Positions 50,298 through 61,900 of a DNA stretch of 64,000 nt are shown here, piece by piece. How positions within the stretch are numbered: position 1 is the stretch's first letter; the number at the start of each line of letters is the position of its first letter. The notes below the pieces were generated by a model. That model ran no database searches, was not told where the DNA came from, and was given only the letters and a program-made list of their open reading frames with translations. A program made the position numbers and the translations under genes. The stretch is taken from positions 186,001 to 250,000 of the forward strand of contig JBEWZL010000163.1 of assembly GCA_045837725.1 (NCBI GenBank), written 5' to 3'. Origin of the DNA: Vermamoeba vermiformis (lineage: Eukaryota).

Positions 50298-51685
50298 TTA
50301 TTTCTTCTTTTTCTTGCCCGATAATAGCGAGGCAAAAATACTATTTACATCTTTGGGTTGGATCTGCGCCTTAACTGGTGCGGGGCGAGGAGGGGTGGCT
50401 GGCTTGGACTTTATAGGTTTTGTATTATGTGGAGGTGATAATACAGCTGCTGAGGTAGGTTCCGCTGAGCTGTGTTTTACTTTCTTCTTTTTAACCACAT
50501 CCGTACGCGGTGTATTAGCAGTGCTACTGTTGACTTTCATATGCTCTGTGGCCTCGTCGACTTCATCGTCTTCTCTCTTTCGCTTAACACCGCGTCCGGG
50601 CGATGGCATTGATTCACTGAACGACCGTTCACTGAACGACGCAGTGGTGACAGGCGGTGAAGTGCCCACTGTCTCGCCCATATCTTCGTCGTCATTGGTC
50701 AGAGTGCGCAGACTCCTGTGCAGTTCATTGACAGCTGTCTCTTTGACTTGACGTGTCTCAGCCTCGCTTGCAGTACTCTGAGTGACACGTGTCAACAACT
50801 GATCGAACTGCTTCTTCTTTTTTTTCTTTTTTTGGACATTGTTCGCCGCTACGTGCAATGAGCTCGGCAACGGACCAATCAGCTGCTTGTACAGTTTGAC
50901 GCGTGTCATCAAGTCACTCTCGCGTGTCAGCAGCGCGTCATGATCGGAAGTGACACGTGTCACAATCAAGTCGTAGAGCAGCGTCACGTGATGCATGAGC
51001 TTGTGATGCAGATTGTAGAAGCGCGCGAGACAGGTGATGAATGCGAGTGAGAGGGCCATGAAGTAGGTCTCTTCGAGCTGATGCGCGAACAAGCTGTGCA
51101 GCGTGAGTATAGTGAGACTACAATGCTAGTCATTGGGGACGTACTCGTAGGCCGAGAGAATGTACTCGTTGAGCTCGGTGAGGTACAGCGTGAGGCCGTA
51201 CAGCTTGTACAGCACGTACAGCGCGCAATGCTCCCACGTACTGCGCGGGGTGGGACTGAGACTAGGCGTGAGTTATACCACATCCTGCTGATTTTACATA
51301 GTTATATACTCACTTGGTGCTCAGGGCTTCTTCGCTGGTCGGAAATGTGGCTTTAATCCACGCAATGAGGTCACTTATATCAACTGCGCGTATTCTTTTT
51401 AATATCTGAAGCTAAATATTAATTATTTTTGAATTTTAATGGGCAGATCCAACCCACCTGTTGAACGCGCTTATAATATCGAGCACGTTGATGCTGATTT
51501 TTATTCTTATAAATCATGCGCTCTAACAGCACTGTTTCTGCTGCGTAGAATGGTTTGATCAGATCCGCGATCTTCAGCAGTTGCTTGACTGGCGTAATAT
51601 CAGTGTAGGCCCACTTGCCCTTGAAGAACAATGTATTGTCATTCTTATCGCGTAATATTGCTTTCAAAATCGTGTATTGGTTCAT
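50298..51685 (-). CDS. NEPRO/RMP1-like RNase MRP subunit (nucleolus and neural progenitor protein N-terminal domain)
   Basis: LLERMIYKNKNQHQRARYYKRVQQ, YFMALSLAFITCLAR, C-terminal DVNSIFASL and a basic tail. Confidence 0.7.
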
Positions 51686-51768
51686 CAGATCGCACGAAAT
51701 AAAATGACTCTGCTCTGGCTCCGCTTTTCAATTTCAACCCAAGAACAGTTACAACACCTGGTTGCAAT

Positions 51769-53091
51769 ATGTTCCAATCGCTAATTACAAACACAAGCAG
51801 GCGTGTATATAATCACATACAGCGCACAAACTGCTCAGATCGCACGCTGAGTTCAATAATTCGCGGAGCAAATTACAAATTATCAAAATCAACACAATCT
51901 ATTTTTTCAAATAACTGCACAAGGTAATTAATTAATCTATATTAATGTTCAATTTTTCCAATTTTTTGCATTTTTATGTTTTTCAAACTGGATCTGGATC
52001 TGACATGCGCACAGGACAAATTACCACACATCACTATTTTCACAAAAGAGCAAAAAGAAGAAGACGCGACTAGACGATGCCGCGACAGACGACGGAGTAC
52101 TGGAGCTCGGTCGTTACGAGCGCAATGAGCAGGGCGAGTGGGTGCGCAAAGTGGTGCAGCGCAAGGCCTCGAGTGCCGTGCTGAGTCCCGAACTCGCCGC
52201 TGACATCTCCGAAGTGCTCGACCAGGACATTGATGGCCTCGACACCGCGCCTGTCCGAGACCAGCCAAGTAACAAGAGCAGCAAGACAGCTGTCAAACGT
52301 GTCAAAGAGCCGAAGCTGAAGAAGAAGAGCAAGGTGCAGAGCAAGAAATCAGTGCGCGACAAGACGTACACATTGACCAAGGACGACAAGGCCGCACTCG
52401 CGCAGTACACAGACCTCATCGACGAGAGTGACTTCAAGCCCGAGACACCGCGCGAGATACGCGCCCCGTCCGAGAGCCACGAAGAGACTGAGCGCGCAGT
52501 GTCCCAAGTGGTGGAGTGGCTCAAGAACGAGAAGATGACTGATCTGTGCGCGATTGATCTGCGCGTCAAGACTGACTGGGCACGCTTCATGGTGATTGCC
52601 ACTGCCATGAGTGAGCGACACAACCGCGCTTCAGCCGAGTCCGTGGCACACAAGGTACGGTAGCTGTCAGTGAATACACGCGTGCTAACACCACTGCACA
52701 GCTCGGTCAAATGCGCGGCAAGAGCTACACCGTGCACACAGGCGGCGAAGACAATTGGCTGATCGTGTTCACGGGAGACATGGTGATTGAGCTGTTCACT
52801 GAAGAGCGGCGCAAGTTCTACGACATTGAACGGCTGTGGGTGCTGAAGCGACCGATCGAAGAGGAGATGGACATTGACCCCGATGATCTCGTGCGCTTTC
52901 AGTTCGACGAAGAGGACGGCATGTACGACGATGAAGTGCGCGCCAAGATTGCCGCTGAACGTCGTGCGCGCGGTGAAGTGGTGGAAGAGGCCGTGGCGGT
53001 GAGTGAGCCCGAGAGCGAGGTGCCTGTCATTCCGTACAGCAGTCGTGACGACGCGACACTGGACAAGAAGAGCAAGAAGAAGCGCAAATAA
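51769..53091 (+). CDS. Mitochondrial ribosome silencing factor RsfS/Iojap (MALSU1-like)
   Basis: Presequence-like N-terminus, DLCAIDL, FMVIATAMSERH, W....GDMVIELF and RKFYDIERLW. Confidence 0.85.
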
Positions 53092-53168
53092 ACTGCACTG
53101 TGCACTAGAGCTGACGTTATTTACATGAGCTGTACATGGGAGTGCAGGACAGGGCAGGCATGGCACTG

Positions 53169-54149
53169 TTACAAGTGAGTGCGCACCGAGTACTGCTTGC
53201 CCAAGAACTCGCCTTCGAATGTGCCGAACAGGATGTCCAAGTGCACAAAGGGGAAGCAGTAGTTGCAGCGTGTCTTGAGGTGATGCAAGTCTGTTGCTAT
53301 AATTAGCTCGTGCTGTCACACATGTCACGTGACACCTACCGTGGTGCGTCGTGTCGTACAGTCCTGGCACCGCGAATTTGACGCCGCAGTGATCCAAGAC
53401 ACCAGTGAGGCCCATGAGCAGCATATAGAACACGAATGAATAGCTGTGCATGGGTATCACAAACGGTGCGCTGTACAGTATGCAGTAGTAGCCGAATGCT
53501 TCCAGAGGGTGGATGTACATGTCATCGAAGGGCTCGGGACTCTGTGACGCGTCAGTACAACACAACGACTACCGCATCAAGGTATACCTTGTAGTAGTGA
53601 TGCAGCTTGTGGAATCGTTTGTAGAACCACGGCAAGTGCATCATACGGTGCCAGGCATACTCCACCACGCACTGCCACACCACGGGCAGCAGAGTGGATG
53701 TGACGATCAATTCTGACCAGGAGTGCCCTTCAGTGCTCCAGTACATCTTAGTCTTGCCCATCATTATCATCTACAAAGGCATCGTAAAATAAATTGATGC
53801 GCGACTCAGCCTCTCCTTCGCTTACCTGCATAGTGAATGCCATAGCTAGAGAGGCTTGAAATAAATTAATAGACGCTAATATATGATGATCTGGTGCGCG
53901 TCCTTCTTTAGACCAGTGAGCCATAATTGGGCTGGCAGATCCGACATTTTTGTTATTTTTTGGTTGTGTTTTCCACGAGAGCTTTGAAGGCTGATTCGGA
54001 TCTGAATATTTATAATAATATATTCGCAGTGCTAGGGACATGACATGGTAGCCGATCGCAATCGCGAAAACTGACGCGGATCTTGTTAACAAAATTGCTC
54101 AGTCAAATACGGTGAACTTACAAGATGCTATTGACTGCCAATACAACAT
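53169..54149 (-). CDS. Fatty acid hydroxylase / sterol desaturase family protein
   Basis: His boxes YAWHRMMH, FHKLHHYY, HPLE, DHCG and HH..HH across 4-5 exons. Confidence 0.9.
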
Positions 54150-54297
54150 CTTCGTGTGGCTCTGCTTAGCATGAACTAAATTATCTCCGTGCCGTCCAGC
54201 CGTGAAATTTAGTTTTTTGCCCGCCTTTTATTTCCAAAATTCAAATTCCTCCTTGTGACAGTTGTGACGAGCACTGCGCAGAACGAGACCAGTAGTG

Positions 54298-55436
54298 ATG
54301 AGCAGACGTAACTTAGTGAAGAGTGCCGATAGCCCTTCCTTGTGGAACTGCACACTCTCTCCTGGCTGGAAGCGAGAGGAGTCGCAGATCTTGAGATTGG
54401 CGCTGATGAAGTTCGGAGTAGGTCGTTGGAACAAGATTATAGAGAGTGGTTGCTTGCCTGGCAAGAACCCTGCACAGATGTGTTTGCAGACACAACGCTT
54501 GTTGGGCCAGCAGTCGATCGGAGGTAAATATTAAAATTAAAATAAAGCTTAATTATCAAACGACTAATTCGCTAATATTACGCATCCATAAGTATGTACT
54601 AACTATATAATGCAGAGTTTATGGGCCTGCACTTGGATACAAATGAAGTGTACACGGTCAATCAAGCGAAAACTGGTCAGACTTGGAAGAACGGCGTGAT
54701 TATCAACACTGGCAGTATCCTTGCCATACATATATTTATAGCTATCCTATTAGTGCCATGTGTTGTCTATTTTCTTTGACTTGTTGACAGAAAACCCAAC
54801 GATTGAAGAGCGCAACAAGAAGATCGCAGAGAACAAAGAAAAGTAAGTGATTGAGGATAGTGGATGCTAGAGTATATATGTAATGCGTCGTTGTATCAGA
54901 TACGGCCTCAGCAAAGAAGATATTGACGCGATCGAACTCCCCGATCGACGTGCCGAGTACAACAAAGAGAACGACGTCGCTCAAGCACACAGCAGACTGC
55001 AAATGTTGCGCGATCGACTCAAGTACTTGAAGCAAGTGTATCGCGAGCGCACAGGCGAGAGTGACTTGGAGGACGACGATGTCAGCACGAGCAGCAAGCC
55101 CTCCGTCAGCTCGAAGCCCTCTGTGAGCTCCAAAGCTGACAGTACCAAGCCTGCTATGAAAAAGAAGCCTGTTCCTGCACCTAAGAAGAAAGCTGCGGCT
55201 AAGAATGGCGCTAGTAACGGCAAGAAGAGAAAGAAGCCCAGCGGCGATGATGTGCCTCTGGATCCCGAGACTGGCGAGCCCATTGATTACGACCCTGCTG
55301 ACTTTGCATCGGATCAAGAGCCTGCTTCAGATGACGATTTTGAGGTAAGTCGCGATCATTGTATTGTAGTCACTGTCACTGCGAGCTAACAGCGTTACAG
55401 CCGAAGAAAAAGAAGAGAAAGACAGCCAAGAAGTAA
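54298..55436 (+). CDS. p1/AMTP1 orthologue: Myb/homeobox-like subunit of the MTA1c/AMT1 DNA N6-adenine methyltransferase complex
   Basis: SLWNCTLSPGW..EE..IL..AL..FG.G.W.KI.ESGCLPGK...Q...QTQRLLGQQS.G|EFMGL..D...KN..IINTG.NPT.EER...YGLS closely follows the ciliate p1 N-terminus as I recall it; not aligned computationally. Confidence 0.8.
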
Positions 55437-55522
55437 TAAACGACCATTCTATGTTGTATATAATAATACTGTTACTATTAAACGGAGAGTTGTATCATTC
55501 GCGAGTAGAATTAGAACTTTAT

Positions 55523-58500
55523 TTAATGATTAGGACCTCTCTTGCGCTTCTTCAATCGATCTTTCGCACCCTGCGCCTCACCATTGTCGTCCGCATCGCG
55601 CGCACTCTCATCGACCAGGCCACCAAACACCGCGCTGGGTACGCGGATCTCTTCGAGCTGCACATTCTTCTTCGGCTTGGGTGCCTCTTCTTCTTCTTCT
55701 TGCTCGCCCTCGTCCATGTCGAGTTCAATCTCCTCAGTGTTCGCACTCGTGGCTGGTCGTGCACTCGCGGCAGCTTCACTTGGTGCCATGCCGAGCTCTT
55801 CAGGCTGCAGGGTAGAGCCGCTCACGAATCGTTTGGCCGGTGCCGCGCCAGCTTGTTGCTCTTCCAACTGCTTCATGTGGTCCTCTTGATCCGTGCTCGC
55901 TGGTGCAGCAGTGGTGAGTGGCACCTGCACGGCAATCGAGTACTGCGCCGTGACACTGCGTTTGATGCGCAACATCTCTTTGAAGGTCTCCACATTGCCG
56001 TGACGCACTTCGAATTCTTTCCACGTCTCCCAGAACTTCTGCTCCGTCTGCAAGAGGGGTCAGTATGGGCCATATATATTAATATGCACGTACCCTCGGG
56101 TCACAGAACTGCGAGCAGTGAATGTAGATGCCACGTGCGCGATCGATTTCACCGAGTTTGCGCTCGAGATTGGCGAATCGAATGCAGTACTCTTTGACTT
56201 GCTTCTCGGGCAAGCTTTCAATTGCCTTCTCAAAGATCTCGCGCGTGCGTGTCACTCCGAAGAATTCAGTGGCCTTGGCAATGTACAGATTGAAGATCTA
56301 AATATAGAGCGGTGAGTACAGTGTGCTCGGCGAAATAAGTGCAATACTTACGAAGGGTCTGTCCTCTGCGTGCACGTGACGTGTGGCGCGGTCAAAGATG
56401 TGCAGCACGTGACGCGCGAGGCCGTACTTCTCTTCAGCCTCGGCGTACATCAAGTAGAACAGCGTGGACTCTTTGGCCGGTGCGGATTCAATCGCCTGTT
56501 CGAACAGATCGCGCAACCGTTCGAGCTTGGTGCCACCATAGCGCCGCATGAACTTGGTGAGGTAGGTGATCCACAGCTCAGTCACGTGCGGGAATTGGAA
56601 CAGCGCAATGCCGCGCTCATAGGCCTTGAAGGACTCCTCAAAGTGATTGTGGTCCTCGAGCCAGTGCGCGTAATTGATCGTCATCTGCGGCGTGATCAGC
56701 TTCAAGTCGATGATCTTCTCGTACACCGCTTTGGTCGTCATGAAAGTGCCGAGATTCTCTTCCAGATCTGCGTACAGTGCCCACAGTCGCACGGACTTGT
56801 ACACGCGCTTGGAGACTGGTGCGTCACGTGGTATGGCTCTATTCTTAGGCACCACTGTCGCGCGCTGAATCAGCTCACGGGCGCGGTCGTAGTTGTGACG
56901 ACGCAGTTCAAATTCAACGTAGTCGCACCACACAGCTGCGAGCTCTTCGACCTTCTTGTAGTTGACGTTCAGCGCCTTCTCGAACACCTTGCGCGCATCG
57001 TCGTACTGCTCGTTCTCTTCCCAGAAGCGCGCAAAGCTCACCCACAGCGTGTTCAACTTGCCAGTGGCGCGCTGAGGGTCCACAGTGGTGCAGCCGCGCG
57101 TGTATTCTTCGAGCTTGCGCTGCGGATCATTGTCGAACAACTTGACGCGCTTGTGCCATTCCTGCACGTGATTGGTCAGCACCGACAGCGATGATTACCT
57201 AATTAGGCAAGTACGTACATAGACATTGTGCGGATTCTGACGCAGCAGCACGTTGCTGATGAGCAGTGGTTGACGGTCAATCAGGTCCTCAAAGCGAGCC
57301 ATGCGCAGTTCAAACGCATCGGCCAGGGCTGGATCTTGCTGCTCCTCCATGTGCGCGGTGATGAGGCCGTATTCGAACTGATTATAGGCCTCCCAGATCT
57401 GCGAGAAGTCGCGCACAGTGACGACGGTGTTGATGCCCTCCTCAAACACATCACGTGCCTTCTCAAAGTTGCCGAGTCGCACGTAGTAGTCAGCGAGTGA
57501 GGTCCACAACTTGCCCACTTCATTCGTGTACTTGTTCAGCGCACTGCGAATGATCGGCTCAACGCGCACCGAGTGGATCTGCTCGGGGTGTTGCGTGAGT
57601 ATGTCGCACAGCTGCATCCACAGCTCGTGGCGTGACTTGCCCTGGCGCGAGATGAAGTGATCGTCGTTCACAATGCGCGTCAAGATCTTGGCTGCCTCGT
57701 CCATGTAGCCCACACTCACCAAGTAGTTCGCGTACTCTTCCAAGTGATCGGGCTCCAACTAGATCACGTGATTGTTAGTTGACTTGCCTAATTTGGAAAT
57801 CACGTGACTTACTTTCAGGAAGCGGCGGAATATTCTGACAGCGGTCTCCGGCACACCGCACTGCTTGGCGAATTGAATGTAGAGCGGCCAGATGCGGTAG
57901 TGTTGTGTGATGGGCAGGGCGCGGAGTGCGCGGTCAAATGCGCGACGAGTGTGCGTGATCTTGCGCTGCGTGAGCAAGAACGACAGGTACTCGAGCCAGA
58001 TGCGCGGCATCTTCCATGCTGTTAGTACCCCTGTATTGACTGCACATGTATTATAGGTACGTACCTTGTGCATGTAGGCCAAGCAGCGCTCAAAAGTGTT
58101 GTTGAGTTGTTCGTACGCGGGATGGTCGATGCGCAGTCCTGACACTGAGCCCTTGCGTTCTTGCAAATAGTTGTACCTATTGATATCGTTACATTTAGTT
58201 TGTGTATTCGCGACATGAATGGACTCAACAGCTGCTGACTAATAGAGATGTCGAGTTTGAATTGAGTGCAGATCCAAGCTTACCATAGTTTGTAACTGCC
58301 AGGCAGCTCTTTCAATGCGCGTTCATAGAGCATAAATCTGATGCGCGGAGGTGCATCGCCTTTAAACTGTAAATATCTCCACCACGAGCGAAAGTCATAA
58401 ATATTTCGCATTACATCCTCCTATTAATTGCATAAATTATTATATAATCCTCCTCATATGCTGGTCTTCGTATTTGATCGTCATATCGATTATTATCCTC

Positions 58501-58652
58501 CGTTGTAAATTTTCTGAATTATTTTACTCACCTCAAATGGCAGATCTTCGTCCTAAAAAGCACAATAAAGTTAATACAGCATTATTATATTAAATATATG
58601 ATTATTAACGTACCATCGCGATCGCGTCGTCTCCATCTGTGTAAGTCGACAT
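55523..58652 (-). CDS. XAB2: Pre-mRNA splicing factor SYF1/XAB2 (HAT repeats)
   Basis: Motifs [64 protein letters not shown] and [19 protein letters not shown]. Confidence 0.96.
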
Positions 58653-58903
58653 GTTAGCACTGAATTACAATTACGAGTAGATCTGCTCCTCAAACAATTG
58701 CAACACTATCACTATTATATATATGTGACTAATACAATGCTATCAATCACTAATAAATAAACAACAAGTTCACCACAAATTAATTTTTTTCCCCCTTCGT
58801 TGCGAAAGCTACGAAAAATCATTCAGCGGCACTGATTGGCCTTGGACCAACACAACAGTGTATATTCACATAGTACTATATTCAGTAGCACTATAATAGC
58901 GCG

Positions 58904-61900
58904 ATGAGCGACGACGGACCACAGCGCAAAAAAGCGCGCCACAACGCGAGTTCAGATGTGAAGGGCAGCGGCGTCAAACTGGCACCGAAGAAACCTCTGC
59001 CAGGCGTGCATCACGCACCGACAGTGAAGGACATTATAGCAGATCCTATTACTAAGCTCAGTCTCGAGTACTGGGCGCCTAATTCACCACAGCAACTCAA
59101 GGCGTTCGATCCCAAAATTATTGAAGATATTTATTATCAACAATTAGTGGCTCAGGATGATTTCAATACATCAAAAATCATGTTGTTGGAGCTCAGTTTA
59201 TATCTAGAAAAGTATCCTTATTTATTACGAATTTTTCTGTAATTTTTTGACAATTTTTTCGTTATCAGATCTGTTATTTTGCACTTTAACTCACCTTTAC
59301 ACAGTTATTTATGGCCTAATTTTAATGCCGAAAAATCAACACACGCACACTTAATATCAATCATGCTGATGGTCAACGAGAAGTGCAGAGAAAATGTCGC
59401 GGCTTGGGGTAAATCCATGCTCAACAACCAATAGTGACTATCATATTAACACTACATTATTAGATGCATTCCAAAAACACAATGTTGAATCTTTTGGACC
59501 ATTCTTTACTCGCGTTCTCAATCTGCGCAAGAGCGACAAACTCTCGATGCGTGAACGCTTGTTCTATTTAACATTTATAATCAACTGCTTCCAAAGTCTC
59601 GAGACTAAAATAGTGCGCGATCAATGTTTGAGGTACGTATTCCATCAAAGCACGTGTTGCAGACCAGATCTGACAAGGTGTTGTAACAGACTGGTTTCCA
59701 TGCAGTTGTGGCACTCACTCGATGAAGAACGACGTCAATATGAAATGCGCGACTTGAATAAGCTGCAGCGACTATGGAAGAGTGCGCAGAGTACGTCTAT
59801 TCAATTTGAAAATGTCAGTGTAGTGTATTGACGTTATTTCCTTATTTAGAAAAAGCCGGCGACGAGCACGAGCGTGGATTCATGGTGGCACTGATTCAAG
59901 ACTACAACACAGTCCTCAAGTCCATCACTCCCAAACAAGGTAAGGCTCGTTCGGCAGTCATCTACCAGGCTCACACATATTTCCTTATTTAGCCGACAAG
60001 CTCGCCATTCAATTCTGCGAACGATTCTTGGAATTGTTGTTGGATTTGTTGACTCAACTGCCCACACGTCGATTGTTCCGCGTCGTGGTGGAGTACCATC
60101 ACGTGACTGTCACTTCAAAATTGTCCGCACTGCACGACATGCCACAGGGTCAATTGTTCCGCCAATTACTGCAAATGGTGAAGTTCTACCAGGGCTTTGA
60201 AATCAACGACTACACGGGCCAAGCACTGAGCGACGAAGATGTGCGCAAACAACACTACGAGCGCATTCAACGGCTGCAACAGCTGGCCTTCAAACACGTG
60301 CCACAACTGCGCAGCTTTGCTCTGGCTGCAGCGGGCACGATTGACACGCGCAGTGCCCTGAAGGCGCACTTGAGTCCACTCGACGCTGACACGCTGCGCG
60401 AACTGTGCACGCAACTGGCGCTGATTGGTGCGCAGAACTCGCGCGGCGATGAGAGCAAAGAGCTGTTGCTGGAGCTGATCATCACTGCGCACGAACGACG
60501 TGTGTCGCAGACTGAAGCGATCAACATGCGCTCGCTGTACCCTGACGAGGTGCGTACTGGACCAGCGCGCGTGCAGTGATACTGACAGCTGTTGTATTTG
60601 CAGAGCATCATCTGGGACGAGAACATGATCCCCTCGGGCAACTTCACTGGCGCTGAAGTGTTGGCACTGCCCAAGCTCAATTTGCAGTTCTTGACCTTCT
60701 ACGACTATCTGCTCAAGAACTTCACGCTCTATCGCTTAGAGTCCACGTACGTATAACCACTTTCCTAATTTGGCCGTCCTTACTGACCACTCCCATGACA
60801 GCTACGAGATCCGACAAGACATTGAAGATGCCATTCGTCGCATTCAACCGCGCCTCACGAATGGCGAGACAGTGTTCCGCGGCTGGTCGCGCATGGCCCT
60901 GCCCATCAGCTCGTTCAACATCACGCGCGTGCTCAAGCCCAATCTCGGTGACTCCAAGCCCGCACTTGTCTCCGCTGAAGTGAGCTACTACTTGCCGAGC
61001 AAAAATCAGCAGATCCGCTGGGAGTGGGACAATGTCAAGCAACACGACGTCATCTTCTTGGTCACGGTGCAGTCTCCTATTCGCGAGGGCGATGCACCCA
61101 ATCACGAGCTGCCATTCCGCGAACAATTCGGTGTGATCACAGTGCGCGGCTGTGAAGTGAATGAAGTGGTGGACGAGGCTGGCAATGTGTTGACTGATCT
61201 CGATGAGGGCCGTGAACGACGCGGCAACAAGCGCACATTGCGCGTGTTCTTGGACCCCGCGCAGTACCAACAAGACATCAACGAGAACGGTCGTCAGAGT
61301 GACTTGCATCGCTCGTTCAATTTGATCGTTCGACGCAAGGCCAAGGAGAACAACTTCAAAGCAGTGCTGGACACGATCCGAGGACTGATGAACACCAAAG
61401 TGGTGGTGCCTGATTGGCTCAAGGACGTCATGCTCGGCTACGGTGATCCAGCCTCGTGTCAGAATGTCGACAAGACCCTCACCATCGACTTCAACGACAC
61501 CTTCATTGACGCCGCTCATCTGCGCACTGTGTTCTCGGACTTCCAAGTCAAGTTCAATGGTGCTGAACAGCCGCCCTTCCGCGTGACATTCCCCGCTGAC
61601 GACAAGAGCACTGCCCTCGCTGTGCAGCCCTATGCACTCCCGAGCCGCGGTCCTTATCCGCAAGACAAGCCCAAGCACAACACCGTGCCCTTCACCAGTG
61701 CACAAGTGACAGCGATCAAGACAGCGATGAACACTGGCCTCACCATGGTCGTGGGTCCGCCAGGTACGGGCAAGACAGATGTGGCCGTGCAAATCATCTC
61801 CAACTGGTACCACAACTTCCCGACACAGCGCACGGTGATCATCACGCACTCGAATCAAGCACTCAATCAGATCTTCGAGAAGATTATGCGCCTGGACATT

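Noticed and set aside
58532-58552. 21-nt micro-exon (DEDLPFE) in XAB2 and 3-9 nt first coding exons in Cabin1, ARPC3 and RPL22-type genes
   Set aside because: They look real but are common in intron-rich protists; not considered novel.
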